A stretch of 64,000 bases of DNA from an uncultured Prevotellaceae bacterium (GCA_946415705.1 CAMKTN010000004.1:20102-84101); one strand, 5' to 3'. Positions 43,345 to 53,367 are shown, counted from the first letter of the stretch. Notes: generated by a model from the sequence alone, not told the origin. A program made the numbers and translations.

Positions 43345-44874
43345 ATGTCCTATACACCCGACAATAAGCGAATGTTCAAGAACACCATCCTGTTGTATTT
43401 CAGGATGGCGCTCATGATGCTCATTAATCTCTTCACTTCCAGAGTCGTTCTACAGACTCTGGGGGTGGAGGATTATGGTATCTATAATGTCGTGGGTGGT
43501 GTCGTCGTGATGTTCACTTTCCTGAACGATGGCATGACGACCTCCACACTGCGTTTCCTTACCTTCGAATTAGGAAAAGGCAATCAGCAACGTTTAAAAG
43601 AGGTCTTTGCTACCAGCCTGCATATCCATCTGATTATCTCGGCCGTCATCGTCTTGCTGTGTGAAACGTTTGGCTTATGGTTCCTCATGGAGAAGATGGT
43701 CATTCCGGCCGAACGCATGACGGCGGCTCATTGGTGCTACCAACTCAGCATTTTCACCATGGTGGTCACCATTATGAGCTATCCTTATAACGCTGCCATC
43801 ATTGCTCATGAGAAGATGTCGGCGTTTGCCTACATCTCCATCTTGGATGCCATTCTGAAGCTGCTATTGGTTTATCTGTTGTTGGCCTTCAGCATGGATC
43901 GGCTCATCTTATATGCTATATTGTTTGCTGCCGAAAAGGTGCTCATTAGGATGGTATATAATATCTATTGTACGCGTCATTTCGAGGAATGTCACTATCA
44001 ATGGCGCCTCCACAAACCGCTGTTTCGTCAAATGTTTACATTTGCCGGATGGAGTATGTGGGGTAATTTGGCGTGTATCGGTTTTACGCAGGGATTGAAC
44101 ATGTTGCTGAATGTGTTCTTCGGTCCTGCGGTCAATGCGGCAAGAGCCGTAGCCATACAGGTGCAAAGCACTGTGAGCCAGGTGGCCAGTAACTTCCAAA
44201 TGGCCATCAATCCTCAGATTACCAAAACTCACGCATCGGGTCAATCAGATGAAACACACTCGCTCATTTTCCGCAGTACCCGCTTCACGTTTTGTCTGTT
44301 GCTGATGATGTGTCTTCCCATTGTGGTGGAAGCACCCATGCTGTTGGAGTTATGGCTTGGTGAAGTGCCCGATTATGCGGTACCATTTGTGATGCTACTG
44401 CTGACGATTTCTTTGGTTGAACAGTCCACGAATCCATTGGCAACAGCTGTGATGGCAACAGGGGACATTAAAAAATATGAACTTGTGAATGGCACGTTGA
44501 TGATGATGATTGTACCGGTCGCCTATGTAGTGTTGCGGATGGGCGGTGCCCCTTGGACGGTGTTTCTTGTGTACTTGATGATTGCCATCATCGCGAGCGT
44601 GGTGAGATTCTTTATTGCGTCTTCGCTCATCCAGTTGTCAGGCTGGGACTTTTTCACCCATGCGCTGAGTAGATGCCTGTTGGTTCTCATCCTTTCATGC
44701 ATCACGCCTCTATTGATGATATCTTTGTTAGGTTCGGGCATTGTTGCAGGTTTACTTACATTTGCAATGACATTGATAGCTACATGCTTGATCAGCTTCC
44801 TCGTGGGACTCAATAAAGAAGAGCGGACCGTTATTCTTGCGAGGGTGGTCAAAAAGTTTAATAAAGTTCAATAG
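43345..44874 (+). CDS. wzx: Oligosaccharide flippase (Wzx, MOP superfamily)
   Basis: 509 aa with about 12-14 TM helices. N-terminal KNTILLYFRMALMMLINLFTSRVVLQTLGVEDYGIYNVVGGVV is typical of Bacteroidales flippases. Confidence 0.8.
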   Translation: MSYTPDNKRMFKNTILLYFRMALMMLINLFTSRVVLQTLGVEDYGIYNVVGGVVVMFTFLNDGMTTSTLRFLTFELGKGNQQRLKEVFATSLHIHLIISAVIVLLCETFGLWFLMEKMVIPAERMTAAHWCYQLSIFTMVVTIMSYPYNAAIIAHEKMSAFAYISILDAILKLLLVYLLLAFSMDRLILYAILFAAEKVLIRMVYNIYCTRHFEECHYQWRLHKPLFRQMFTFAGWSMWGNLACIGFTQGLNMLLNVFFGPAVNAARAVAIQVQSTVSQVASNFQMAINPQITKTHASGQSDETHSLIFRSTRFTFCLLLMMCLPIVVEAPMLLELWLGEVPDYAVPFVMLLLTISLVEQSTNPLATAVMATGDIKKYELVNGTLMMMIVPVAYVVLRMGGAPWTVFLVYLMIAIIASVVRFFIASSLIQLSGWDFFTHALSRCLLVLILSCITPLLMISLLGSGIVAGLLTFAMTLIATCLISFLVGLNKEERTVILARVVKKFNKVQ

Positions 44875-44881
44875 TAATGTG

Positions 44882-45778
44882 ATGATGGCTTTAATTACAG
44901 TTTTTACACCCACCTACAATAGAGCATATACGCTACCACAGCTTTATCAAAGCCTATGCAGGCAGACGTGCAAGGATTTTGTGTGGAGCATCGTGGACGA
45001 TGGCTCTTCAGATAACACGGAGGACGTGGTTCATCAGTGGACTGATGAAGGCAGGATAGAGATTTGCTACACCAAGCAAACAAATGGCGGTAAGATGCGA
45101 GCCCATAATCATGGCGTTCGCCTTTGCTCAACTCCTCTATTCGTATGCGTTGACAGCGATGATTTTGTGACAGACACGTTTGTGGAAGAAATAAAAAGTT
45201 ATTGGCCTCAGATTCAGTCAGACAAGAAGTTGGCAGGCATCATTGCTTATAAATCCATCAAAAATGAACAAGGAGAATATCGGGTAACCTGCACTTTCCC
45301 ATGTCAAGGTCGTAGCTCATTGGGCAATTTGTATAAGAACGGCTTCTTCGGAGACACGACATTGGTCTTCAAGACAGAGATAATCAAGCAACATCCCTTC
45401 TTGGAAGTGGAAGGAGAAAAGTTCAGTAAGGAAGCATACGCATACGACCAGATTGATCAGGAATATGAATATCTGTTGGCCGAAAAAGCATGGACACTTT
45501 GCACCTACATGCCAGATGGCTATTCACAGGACGAGCGTAATCTGTTTAAGAACAATCCTCATGGGATGGCGCTGGTCTATAATCAGAAGGCGAAATTCAC
45601 GCCAGGTTATATCAATAGCGAAAAGATCGGTTTCGCTGTATTATATATGATCTTTGCAAGAAGAGCAGGCATTAAAAACATTTATCAACAGTCAGAATTA
45701 AAGACCTCGTTCTATCCTTTATTCTGGCTCTTAAGCTATTACTACGAATGGAAATGGAGAGAAAAATACCCAAGGTAA
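44882..45778 (+). CDS. Family 2 glycosyltransferase
   Basis: Start at MMALITVFTPTYNRAYTL. VDDGSSDNT, CVDSDD. Confidence 0.8.
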   Translation: MMALITVFTPTYNRAYTLPQLYQSLCRQTCKDFVWSIVDDGSSDNTEDVVHQWTDEGRIEICYTKQTNGGKMRAHNHGVRLCSTPLFVCVDSDDFVTDTFVEEIKSYWPQIQSDKKLAGIIAYKSIKNEQGEYRVTCTFPCQGRSSLGNLYKNGFFGDTTLVFKTEIIKQHPFLEVEGEKFSKEAYAYDQIDQEYEYLLAEKAWTLCTYMPDGYSQDERNLFKNNPHGMALVYNQKAKFTPGYINSEKIGFAVLYMIFARRAGIKNIYQQSELKTSFYPLFWLLSYYYEWKWREKYPR

Positions 45779-46500
45779 TCCACTACTGTTGGTTTGGCGG
45801 AAACCCGCTGCCAGAGCTGGCCAAAAAGTGCATCGCCTCATGGAAGAAGTTCCTTCCGGACTATGAGATCAAGGAGTGGAACGAGAGTAATTTCGATGTC
45901 TATCGGACGGTCTATAGTGCTGAGGCCTATCGCTTGAAAAAGTATGCCCATGTCAGTGACTACGCGCGCTTTTGGGCCCTATACCACTATGGAGGCATCT
46001 ATTTCGATACCGACGTTGAAGTGATCCGTCCTTTAGATGACATTCTTGAAAAAGGTGTCTTTATGGGGTTCGAGTGTCCTGAAGGAACAGCTGAGGACAA
46101 CCCGAACGGAAATCTCGCCGCAGGTCTGGGGATGGGAGTCTATAAAGGGCATCCTTTCTTCGGGCAGATGGTCAAATACTATGAGCAGATTCATTTCGTA
46201 AGATGGAATGGGAAGAGTACGGGCAACGTAACCCCACATGCCACCAAGCTGTTGGACTATGATCACAAACAGATACTGCCTGGCGGCATCGTCTATGTAA
46301 ATGAATTGCTGATATATCCGGAGGAATATTTCTGTCCCCTGAACTATAACACCAAAGATCTTAATATTACAGAGAACACACGAACAATCCATCATTATAT
46401 GGCATCATGCCATACGTATGGAGGAAGATGGCACGCCATCTGTATGCGGTTGCGATTTATATTAGCTCGTTTACAATGTATGATGAAACGTTATCACTGA
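45748..46500 (+). CDS. Family 32-like glycosyltransferase (DXD sugar-binding region)
   Basis: IPKVIHYCWFGGNPLPELAKKCIASWKKFLPDYEIKEWNE, SDYARFWALYHYGGIYFDTDVE. Confidence 0.75.
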   Translation: MEMERKIPKVIHYCWFGGNPLPELAKKCIASWKKFLPDYEIKEWNESNFDVYRTVYSAEAYRLKKYAHVSDYARFWALYHYGGIYFDTDVEVIRPLDDILEKGVFMGFECPEGTAEDNPNGNLAAGLGMGVYKGHPFFGQMVKYYEQIHFVRWNGKSTGNVTPHATKLLDYDHKQILPGGIVYVNELLIYPEEYFCPLNYNTKDLNITENTRTIHHYMASCHTYGGRWHAICMRLRFILARLQCMMKRYH

Positions 46501-46504
46501 ATCT

Positions 46505-48379
46505 ATGAAATACTTTACATTCCCCCTAATCATGTTTTTGCTGCTTCTTTCCAGTTGCAGTAAAGAGGAAGCCTCTGAAAAAGAGCGAACGAATGCCAGT
46601 TTCTTGGAGGATATCAACGGCGATATCAGTCCCCAACAGTGGTGGCGTACGGCTGTATCCATCAAGATCAACATTACTACCTACCATCCGGTGAAACTAT
46701 GGCTGTTTTCAGATGAAAACGGCACCACTCTTTACGACTATAAAGAGGTGAAGATGAACGGATATGTGGTAATGACGGCGCCACAGGGGCAGGGAGACTT
46801 CTGCCTGACATACATCTGTAATGGCATTACGCACACGATGGATATTTCGTTAAGTGGCAGACTTGAAGAGGTGATAAATATCGATACGACTAAAAAGAAT
46901 AAGATGCCCAAACGGGTCGAGACACCTCCAGAGTCACTCAGTGGTTATAGCCTCATCGGTTTGCAAGACGCGCGTCTGCGGGCACAATACTACGAATTCG
47001 AAATGGTACAGTTGTATGATTTTCTCAGCATGATGAACCTCTCAAGCAGCAATACTGATGCTAAGAAGTTGGGCCTTAACTGTAACTACGAGCTGATCTC
47101 CAATGGCCCGTTTACGATTACTTGGGTGAACGGCTATGAGGCAGATCAGAAATCTCATATTTTAGGCTATTATTTCCACTCTCCGGAGACCTATGATGAT
47201 ATTCAGTATGTGGATTTGTCGGAAACCCATAAATGGGACTATATCGACGGACTTGCGAAAGTACAATACAAACTCAGTAAGAACGATGAGGTAGATGGAC
47301 ATATATTCCATGAGGACACATGGTACGATGCCAATTTCGACCTTCGTGACAGATATGGCTCAACATATTCCTCCAATATGGATCGTATAGGTGATGATGC
47401 CTATAACATGCAGGTGGTATTTAACCGCTATCAGGGTTTGATTTCCGGCCTGCGAGGCATCTCTTTCGATGTGGACGTTCCGATAGGAAAGCACATTGGA
47501 TTCTATCTCCGCTCTGACGAAGAGCCTCATCCGGATCAGTGGCAACGTATTCAAAATTTAGGTGTAAGCCCCTATACCAACCGCTCATACAACTTTATGG
47601 GTACCTGTTTCTCTGCCGAGGCAATGAATAGTGACGGCACACACCGTAGTTTCGTCATCGATGAAGGAGAAGTGATCTGGATGGGTATGGAGGATGTCGT
47701 TCAAGGCGGAGACCTCGATTGTAACGACCTTATCTTCGGTGTGGTCACGAAGTTGGATATCAACTACATGCCATCCATCACCGCACCCAATTTCCGGTCC
47801 GCTGACAAATATAGGCCATATCCTTGGACATTAGCTTTCGAAGATGTGAACCGCGATGCCGATTTCGACTTCAATGATGCGGTCATCAAGCTGATGCCAG
47901 ACTTTGAGAATGAGTTGTGCTGTGTCACCGTGATGGCTGCAGGTTCCGATGAACGTATGTATCTGCATTATGACGGACCCGACGGCGACCAGGTTCTCGG
48001 TGAGATACATGAGTTGTTGGAGAATTCGAAACAGATGAGCGCCATCAACACCACCTCGTCAATCGTTTCTACGCCTTTCGTAGAGGTGGATTGTGTGTCA
48101 TGGCCCAACGGCTATACAATGATCAATGATGCCCAACGCTTCTACATTGAGGTGAAGCGAGGCACGTGTGATGACTGCACGGACATCATCGCCCTGCCTT
48201 CAGAACCGGGACTGATGCCGGAAGCGCTACTCGTAGCGGGCGAATGGCGATGGCCCAAGGAGGGAACAGCCATCACGAAGGCTTATCCGGAATTTAGCAG
48301 ATGGACGAAAGATGTGACCAGGACACGCTTCTGGGAATGGTATCAGTCACCTCAAACAGACACTTATGTAACATATTAA
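46505..48379 (+). CDS. LruC-domain (DUF4842) lipoprotein, second paralogue
   Basis: 624 aa. Lipobox LLSSC. DUF4114-like GGDLDCNDLIFGVV, then WTLAFEDVNRDADFDFNDAVI. Confidence 0.75.
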   Translation: MKYFTFPLIMFLLLLSSCSKEEASEKERTNASFLEDINGDISPQQWWRTAVSIKINITTYHPVKLWLFSDENGTTLYDYKEVKMNGYVVMTAPQGQGDFCLTYICNGITHTMDISLSGRLEEVINIDTTKKNKMPKRVETPPESLSGYSLIGLQDARLRAQYYEFEMVQLYDFLSMMNLSSSNTDAKKLGLNCNYELISNGPFTITWVNGYEADQKSHILGYYFHSPETYDDIQYVDLSETHKWDYIDGLAKVQYKLSKNDEVDGHIFHEDTWYDANFDLRDRYGSTYSSNMDRIGDDAYNMQVVFNRYQGLISGLRGISFDVDVPIGKHIGFYLRSDEEPHPDQWQRIQNLGVSPYTNRSYNFMGTCFSAEAMNSDGTHRSFVIDEGEVIWMGMEDVVQGGDLDCNDLIFGVVTKLDINYMPSITAPNFRSADKYRPYPWTLAFEDVNRDADFDFNDAVIKLMPDFENELCCVTVMAAGSDERMYLHYDGPDGDQVLGEIHELLENSKQMSAINTTSSIVSTPFVEVDCVSWPNGYTMINDAQRFYIEVKRGTCDDCTDIIALPSEPGLMPEALLVAGEWRWPKEGTAITKAYPEFSRWTKDVTRTRFWEWYQSPQTDTYVTY

Positions 48380-48391
48380 GGGGAAGGAATC

Positions 48392-50068
48392 ATGAGAAAA
48401 CTATTGATATGGATTTTTCTGCTTTGTTCGTCAGGCCTATTCGCACAGAATGAGACTGACAGTAAGAAATTGCTCAAAGATCCGTTCTATCTGCAATTGT
48501 ATCTTGGCGTCAACAAATCAGCCAATGAGAATCTGCCATGGACAGAGTTCACCAGCTATCCATGGTCGGGAGGACTGTTTATCAGTGCCGGTAAAGAATT
48601 CAGTAAACTCTGGGGATGGCGCGTGGCACTGCGTTTCAACCACAACAAGAGCCGTAATGTCCAGGATTGTGAAACCAAAGAGACCTGGGGATGGAACAAC
48701 ACAGGACTGTTTGCCGATGCCACCTTCGATGTCAGCGATATCTTCCGTAAAAAGACCATTACCAAACAGCCGCTCTTCAACCTGAAAGCCTTCGTAGGAA
48801 TCGGCTTGGCCTATACCTATCATTTTGACCAGGTGCCCCTCTCCTACACCCATCCCTATTCACGCTCCAGCAGGGTGTTGCCTGCCTTTCGCGCGGGTCT
48901 GACAGCCCAATTCCAGTTATCGTACCGGTGGAGGTTGGGTCTCGAACTGAGTCACACCCTGTTTGAAGACCACTTCAATGGTGTCGCCTACGACACTCCG
49001 TTGGACAGCCGCTCCAATTTGAAAGTGGGTGTAACCTATCTGTTTGCGAAGAAAGTGAGGGAAAAGAAGTCTGTGCTGCGCCTGAACAGACTCAAAGAAT
49101 GTCCGCTGCTGCCACTCGTGATGCCTGATGTGGAGGAAGTGAAGATACGCCAGATTGAGGGACGTGCCTTCCTCGATTTCCCTGTCAACGAGACCATCAT
49201 CTATCCCAGCTACCGCAAGAATCCTGATGAACTGGCCAAAATCAAGGCATACGTGGATAGCGCACAGTTCGACAAATCGGTCACCATTACCCAGATCTCG
49301 CTCCATGGTTATGCATCACCCGAGAGCCCGTATAGTAACAACACACGCTTAGCCAAGGGCCGTACCGAATCGCTCAAAAGTTACATCATGAGCAAGTACG
49401 ATTTCAGCGATGACCTGTTCAAGACCAGCTATACGCCGGAAGACTGGGGCAATCTGCGCAGCTTCCTGACAGATACTGGAACACGCCGCGTGAAAGGCGA
49501 TTACTGGTACGATAACAAGTCATACACCGAAATGCCCGAGGTTCCCAATATCGTGTTGGAATATCGCGATGAGCTCATCAACGTCATCGACAGAGAGATG
49601 GATCCGGATGCCAAGGAGGAAGTCTTGAAGGCGGTGGGCGGCGGCGAGCCTTACCGATGGTTGCTTCAATATGTCTATCCGGGACTCCGACATACCGATT
49701 ACATCATTCGGTACGAAATCAGACCGCTTTCCGTGAAAGAAGGACGTAGCCTCATCTACACGCATCCGGAAGCACTGAGCATGAACGAGATGTATCAGGT
49801 AGCCCAGAGTTATGAAGAAGGATCCGACGGATGGAGAGACGCCCTGCTGATTGCCGCGCGGCAATATCCTGACAGCGAAACGGCGAATCTGAATGCGGCT
49901 TGCGCTTGTATCAAGACACATCGTCTGGTAGATGCCTGGAAGTATCTGCCGAAGGCTGGCAACTCAGAAGATGCCGTCTATCTGAACAACGTCATCCGTG
50001 CCATGGAAGGCAGCGTCAGTTGGAAGTTAGTCAACGGGAAAGTGATTATTACCGAGGAAGCCCAATAA
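48392..50068 (+). CDS. Outer-membrane protein: N-terminal beta-barrel-like region, OmpA-like/DUF3868-like middle, TPR-like tail
   Basis: 558 aa with signal peptide MRKLLIWIFLLCSSGLFAQ. ISLHGYASPESPYSNNTRLAKGRTESLKSYI resembles the OmpA-like core of DUF3868 proteins. Confidence 0.55.
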   Translation: MRKLLIWIFLLCSSGLFAQNETDSKKLLKDPFYLQLYLGVNKSANENLPWTEFTSYPWSGGLFISAGKEFSKLWGWRVALRFNHNKSRNVQDCETKETWGWNNTGLFADATFDVSDIFRKKTITKQPLFNLKAFVGIGLAYTYHFDQVPLSYTHPYSRSSRVLPAFRAGLTAQFQLSYRWRLGLELSHTLFEDHFNGVAYDTPLDSRSNLKVGVTYLFAKKVREKKSVLRLNRLKECPLLPLVMPDVEEVKIRQIEGRAFLDFPVNETIIYPSYRKNPDELAKIKAYVDSAQFDKSVTITQISLHGYASPESPYSNNTRLAKGRTESLKSYIMSKYDFSDDLFKTSYTPEDWGNLRSFLTDTGTRRVKGDYWYDNKSYTEMPEVPNIVLEYRDELINVIDREMDPDAKEEVLKAVGGGEPYRWLLQYVYPGLRHTDYIIRYEIRPLSVKEGRSLIYTHPEALSMNEMYQVAQSYEEGSDGWRDALLIAARQYPDSETANLNAACACIKTHRLVDAWKYLPKAGNSEDAVYLNNVIRAMEGSVSWKLVNGKVIITEEAQ

Positions 50069-50080
50069 ACAACGAACTGA

Positions 50081-50926
50081 ATGAACAACGTTTTTTTCAA
50101 ACTGATGCGGTATTCGGGGCTCCCGTTCCTGTTTCGGGAACTGGTGCAAAAGCCCAAGATGACCATTCTCATGTTTCATGATTTAGAAGCTGACAAGGCC
50201 GTTCCCGTGTTCTCATGGCTCAAGAAGCACTACCATATCATTTCGCTTCAGGACTATTTGAAGATTGTGCATCAAGGGGGGCGCATACCGCAAAAGGCGC
50301 TGATCATCACCTTTGACGATGGTCATGCCAAAAACTACGACCTCCTACCCGCCCTCAAGCAGCTCCAGATTCCCATCACCATCTTTCTCTGTTCGGACAT
50401 CGTGGGCACACGCCGACACTTCTGGTTCAAACATACAAAAGAGGTGAAAGCGAATCACGAACATCTGAAGAAGATGTCCAACTCCCAACGACTTAAAGCC
50501 ATGAAGGCCTTGGGGTATGAACAGACCAGAGAATATGATGATACCCAAGCCTTAACCCGCGAACAAATCGAAGAGATGCGGAGTTATGTGGATTTCCAGT
50601 CACACACCTGCTTCCATCCCTGTCTGCCACAATGCGACGAAACGACGGCCTGGGATGAGATTCATTTCTCTAAAAAGCACCTGGAGCAGGATTATGGCTT
50701 AGAGATCAACACCATCTCGTATCCTAACGGCGACTATTCGGATCGCGACATCCGTTTGGCAAAGGAAACGGGTTATACCTGTGGCATCACGGTTGACTAC
50801 GGCTTCAACGACCTCCAAACAGACTTGTTCCGGCTAAAGCGTATTTCTGTGAATGATGCGCGTTCGCTGGATGAACTCATCGTAAAATCCAGCGGCTGCT
50901 TTGCCTTTTTAAAGAGGCTCCTTTAG
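50081..50926 (+). CDS. Polysaccharide deacetylase (NodB-homology) family protein
   Basis: LIITFDDGHAKNY, a FQSHTCFH histidine motif, ISYPNGDY. Confidence 0.85.
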   Translation: MNNVFFKLMRYSGLPFLFRELVQKPKMTILMFHDLEADKAVPVFSWLKKHYHIISLQDYLKIVHQGGRIPQKALIITFDDGHAKNYDLLPALKQLQIPITIFLCSDIVGTRRHFWFKHTKEVKANHEHLKKMSNSQRLKAMKALGYEQTREYDDTQALTREQIEEMRSYVDFQSHTCFHPCLPQCDETTAWDEIHFSKKHLEQDYGLEINTISYPNGDYSDRDIRLAKETGYTCGITVDYGFNDLQTDLFRLKRISVNDARSLDELIVKSSGCFAFLKRLL

Positions 50927-50965
50927 TTCATTGAACGACGACAATACAGATCTCAATATCATAGA

Positions 50966-52405
50966 ATGCTTTTTAATTCTATTGAATTTCTGATATTCTT
51001 ACCAATAGTGTTCTTGCTCTATTGGTCTGCACGTCGTAGCATCAGATGGCAGAATCTGCTGATTGTAGTGGCCAGCTATGTTTTCTACGGCTGGTGGGAC
51101 TGGCGTTTCCTGCTGCTGATTGCGCTCACGTCGTCCTGTAGTTATGCGAGCGGCCTGTTACTGGAAAACAACGAAGGAAAAAGAAAGATACAGCGTATTG
51201 TCAGTGCGGTAAATATTGTGCTCAATCTGACCATTCTTGCCATCTTTAAATACTATAATTTCTTCGTTGAGAATCTCGATGCGCTATTCGGCTCTGTGTT
51301 CGGTTATCATTTTGACTGGATTACATTAGACATTATTTTGCCGGTAGGAATCAGCTTCTATACTTTCCAAGCCCTAAGCTATACCATAGACGTTTACCAG
51401 AAGAAATTGCCCGCCACACATGACATCATCGAGTTCTTTGCCTATATCAGTTTCTTCCCACAATTGGTGGCAGGCCCGATAGAACGTGCGACCAATCTGT
51501 TGCCGCAGTTCCAGAAAGCACGCCACTTTGACTATGCCAAGGCTACAGACGGCCTTCGACAGATGTTATGGGGTTTTTTTAAGAAATTAGTTATCGCTGA
51601 TAATTGTGCCACCATCGTCAATGGGAGCTGGGATTCATACCATGAATTATCGGGGATCGGCCTGCTGATGGTCGGAATTCTCTTCACCTTTCAAATCTAT
51701 TGCGACTTCTCAGGTTATTCAGACATTGCCATTGGTTGTGCCCGTTTATTCGGCTTCAACCTGATGCGGAATTTCGACTTCCCCTATTTCTCAAGAAGCA
51801 TTCCCGAGTTTTGGCGTCGTTGGCATATTTCACTCACCACTTGGTTCCGCGACTATATTTATTTCCCCTTAGGAGGCAGCCGCTGTGACAAGTGGAAGAT
51901 CATACGTAACATCTTTATTGTATGGGCCATCAGTGGCTTATGGCATGGGGCGAATTGGACGTTTGTCTGCTGGGGAGTATTTCATGCCACGCTACTCGCC
52001 ATCTATAATTTGGCCGGCATCAACACGAAGTATAAGGAGTGCGTAGCTTATGGCCGTTTCCTACCCAACTTCAAGGAGCTGTTCCAGATGGCCTTGACAT
52101 TCTTCCTGACCATCATTGGATGGATTATCTTCCGTGCAGAGAACATGACACAAGCATGGGATTACATATATTGCATGTTTACGAATGCGCCGACAGGAGG
52201 AGATACATTTTATAGCTGGGTATTTTATGGTTTCTTGTTTTTGATCGTTGAATGGTTCCAACGAGACAAGCAACACGCCCTTCAATTCCCTGACACAAGG
52301 CTCTTCCATTCCCGTATCGTCCGCTGGTCCGTGTATTACCTGATTTTTATCATCATCATCTTTTCGACAGGAACCAATCAGACCTTTATCTACTTCCAAT
52401 TTTAG
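50966..52405 (+). CDS. MBOAT-family O-acyltransferase (AlgI/DltB-like)
   Basis: MLFNSIEFLIFLPIVF start, ISFYTFQALSYTIDVY, FWRRWHISLTTWFRDYIYFPLGG, GLWHGANW (catalytic His). Confidence 0.9.
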   Translation: MLFNSIEFLIFLPIVFLLYWSARRSIRWQNLLIVVASYVFYGWWDWRFLLLIALTSSCSYASGLLLENNEGKRKIQRIVSAVNIVLNLTILAIFKYYNFFVENLDALFGSVFGYHFDWITLDIILPVGISFYTFQALSYTIDVYQKKLPATHDIIEFFAYISFFPQLVAGPIERATNLLPQFQKARHFDYAKATDGLRQMLWGFFKKLVIADNCATIVNGSWDSYHELSGIGLLMVGILFTFQIYCDFSGYSDIAIGCARLFGFNLMRNFDFPYFSRSIPEFWRRWHISLTTWFRDYIYFPLGGSRCDKWKIIRNIFIVWAISGLWHGANWTFVCWGVFHATLLAIYNLAGINTKYKECVAYGRFLPNFKELFQMALTFFLTIIGWIIFRAENMTQAWDYIYCMFTNAPTGGDTFYSWVFYGFLFLIVEWFQRDKQHALQFPDTRLFHSRIVRWSVYYLIFIIIIFSTGTNQTFIYFQF

Positions 52406-52407
52406 AC

Positions 52408-53331
52408 GTGATGAAAAGGTTCTTCGTAAACATATTGCTTTTTGCATTACCATTCCCAGGAATACTTCTTGTGGCGGACTATCTGCTTTCCAAGGAGGCG
52501 GCCCGTTCCAACTATAGGCCCATAGAATCCTGGTATGACCTGATGCATGGGAATATTGATGCCGACGTCATCATCATGGGGAACTCTCGTGCTTGGGTGC
52601 AATATCATCCGATGATCCTGGACAGCATCCTTGGGGTAAGCACATACAATATCGGAATGGAAGGCAGTGCCGTCAACAGACAAGTCCATAAATACAACTT
52701 GTTCAGGAAACATAATCGCAAGCCAAAAGTCATCCTACAAAACATCGACCTCTTTTCATTTGATTATATCGTCGGACTCGAACGGGAACAGTTCCTCCCC
52801 TATTTCTGGGACAGCTCCATGAGAGAAGAGTTCTTATCATCGGAACCGTTCACCTTCTGGGAAAAGTATATTCCGCTGCATAGGTATCACATCATACAGA
52901 TGAAGAACCTAATCTCAAGAGGTCCACGTTCGTTAACAAAGGGATATCAGGGCATGGACCGCGAATGGGATGGTTCTAAATATCAGCAGATAAGCGAACT
53001 GACATTTGTTCCCAACGACACAACCGTCAGGATTTTTGAGGAGTATCTGTCAGAAACAAGGGCCGAAAGCATAAAGGTCGTATTCGTCGTTGCACCCTGT
53101 TATATCGGTACAACACATAAAATTGTAAATCTGGCAGAATTGCAGGCCTTCTATCAGAACCTTGCAGACAAATATGACATTCCCATTCTGGATTATTCCC
53201 ACATGGATATCTGCAACGATACTACCTTCTTCTATAATGCCATGCATCTGAACAAACGAGGAGCCGAACTGTTTTCCGACAGCCTGGCTAATGACATAAA
53301 GAAATTAGGAGTATTAAATAAGGGATTATAA
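52408..53331 (+). CDS. Membrane-anchored SGNH-like accessory protein for the MBOAT (AlgJ/DltD-type role)
   Basis: N-terminal anchor MMKRFFVNILLFALPFPGILLV and VIIMGNSRAW (GDS-like block I). Starts 3 nt after the MBOAT gene. Confidence 0.5.
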   Translation: MMKRFFVNILLFALPFPGILLVADYLLSKEAARSNYRPIESWYDLMHGNIDADVIIMGNSRAWVQYHPMILDSILGVSTYNIGMEGSAVNRQVHKYNLFRKHNRKPKVILQNIDLFSFDYIVGLEREQFLPYFWDSSMREEFLSSEPFTFWEKYIPLHRYHIIQMKNLISRGPRSLTKGYQGMDREWDGSKYQQISELTFVPNDTTVRIFEEYLSETRAESIKVVFVVAPCYIGTTHKIVNLAELQAFYQNLADKYDIPILDYSHMDICNDTTFFYNAMHLNKRGAELFSDSLANDIKKLGVLNKGL

Positions 53332-53367
53332 GATGATAGAAGGCTTTTAAAATTAATCACATATGAA

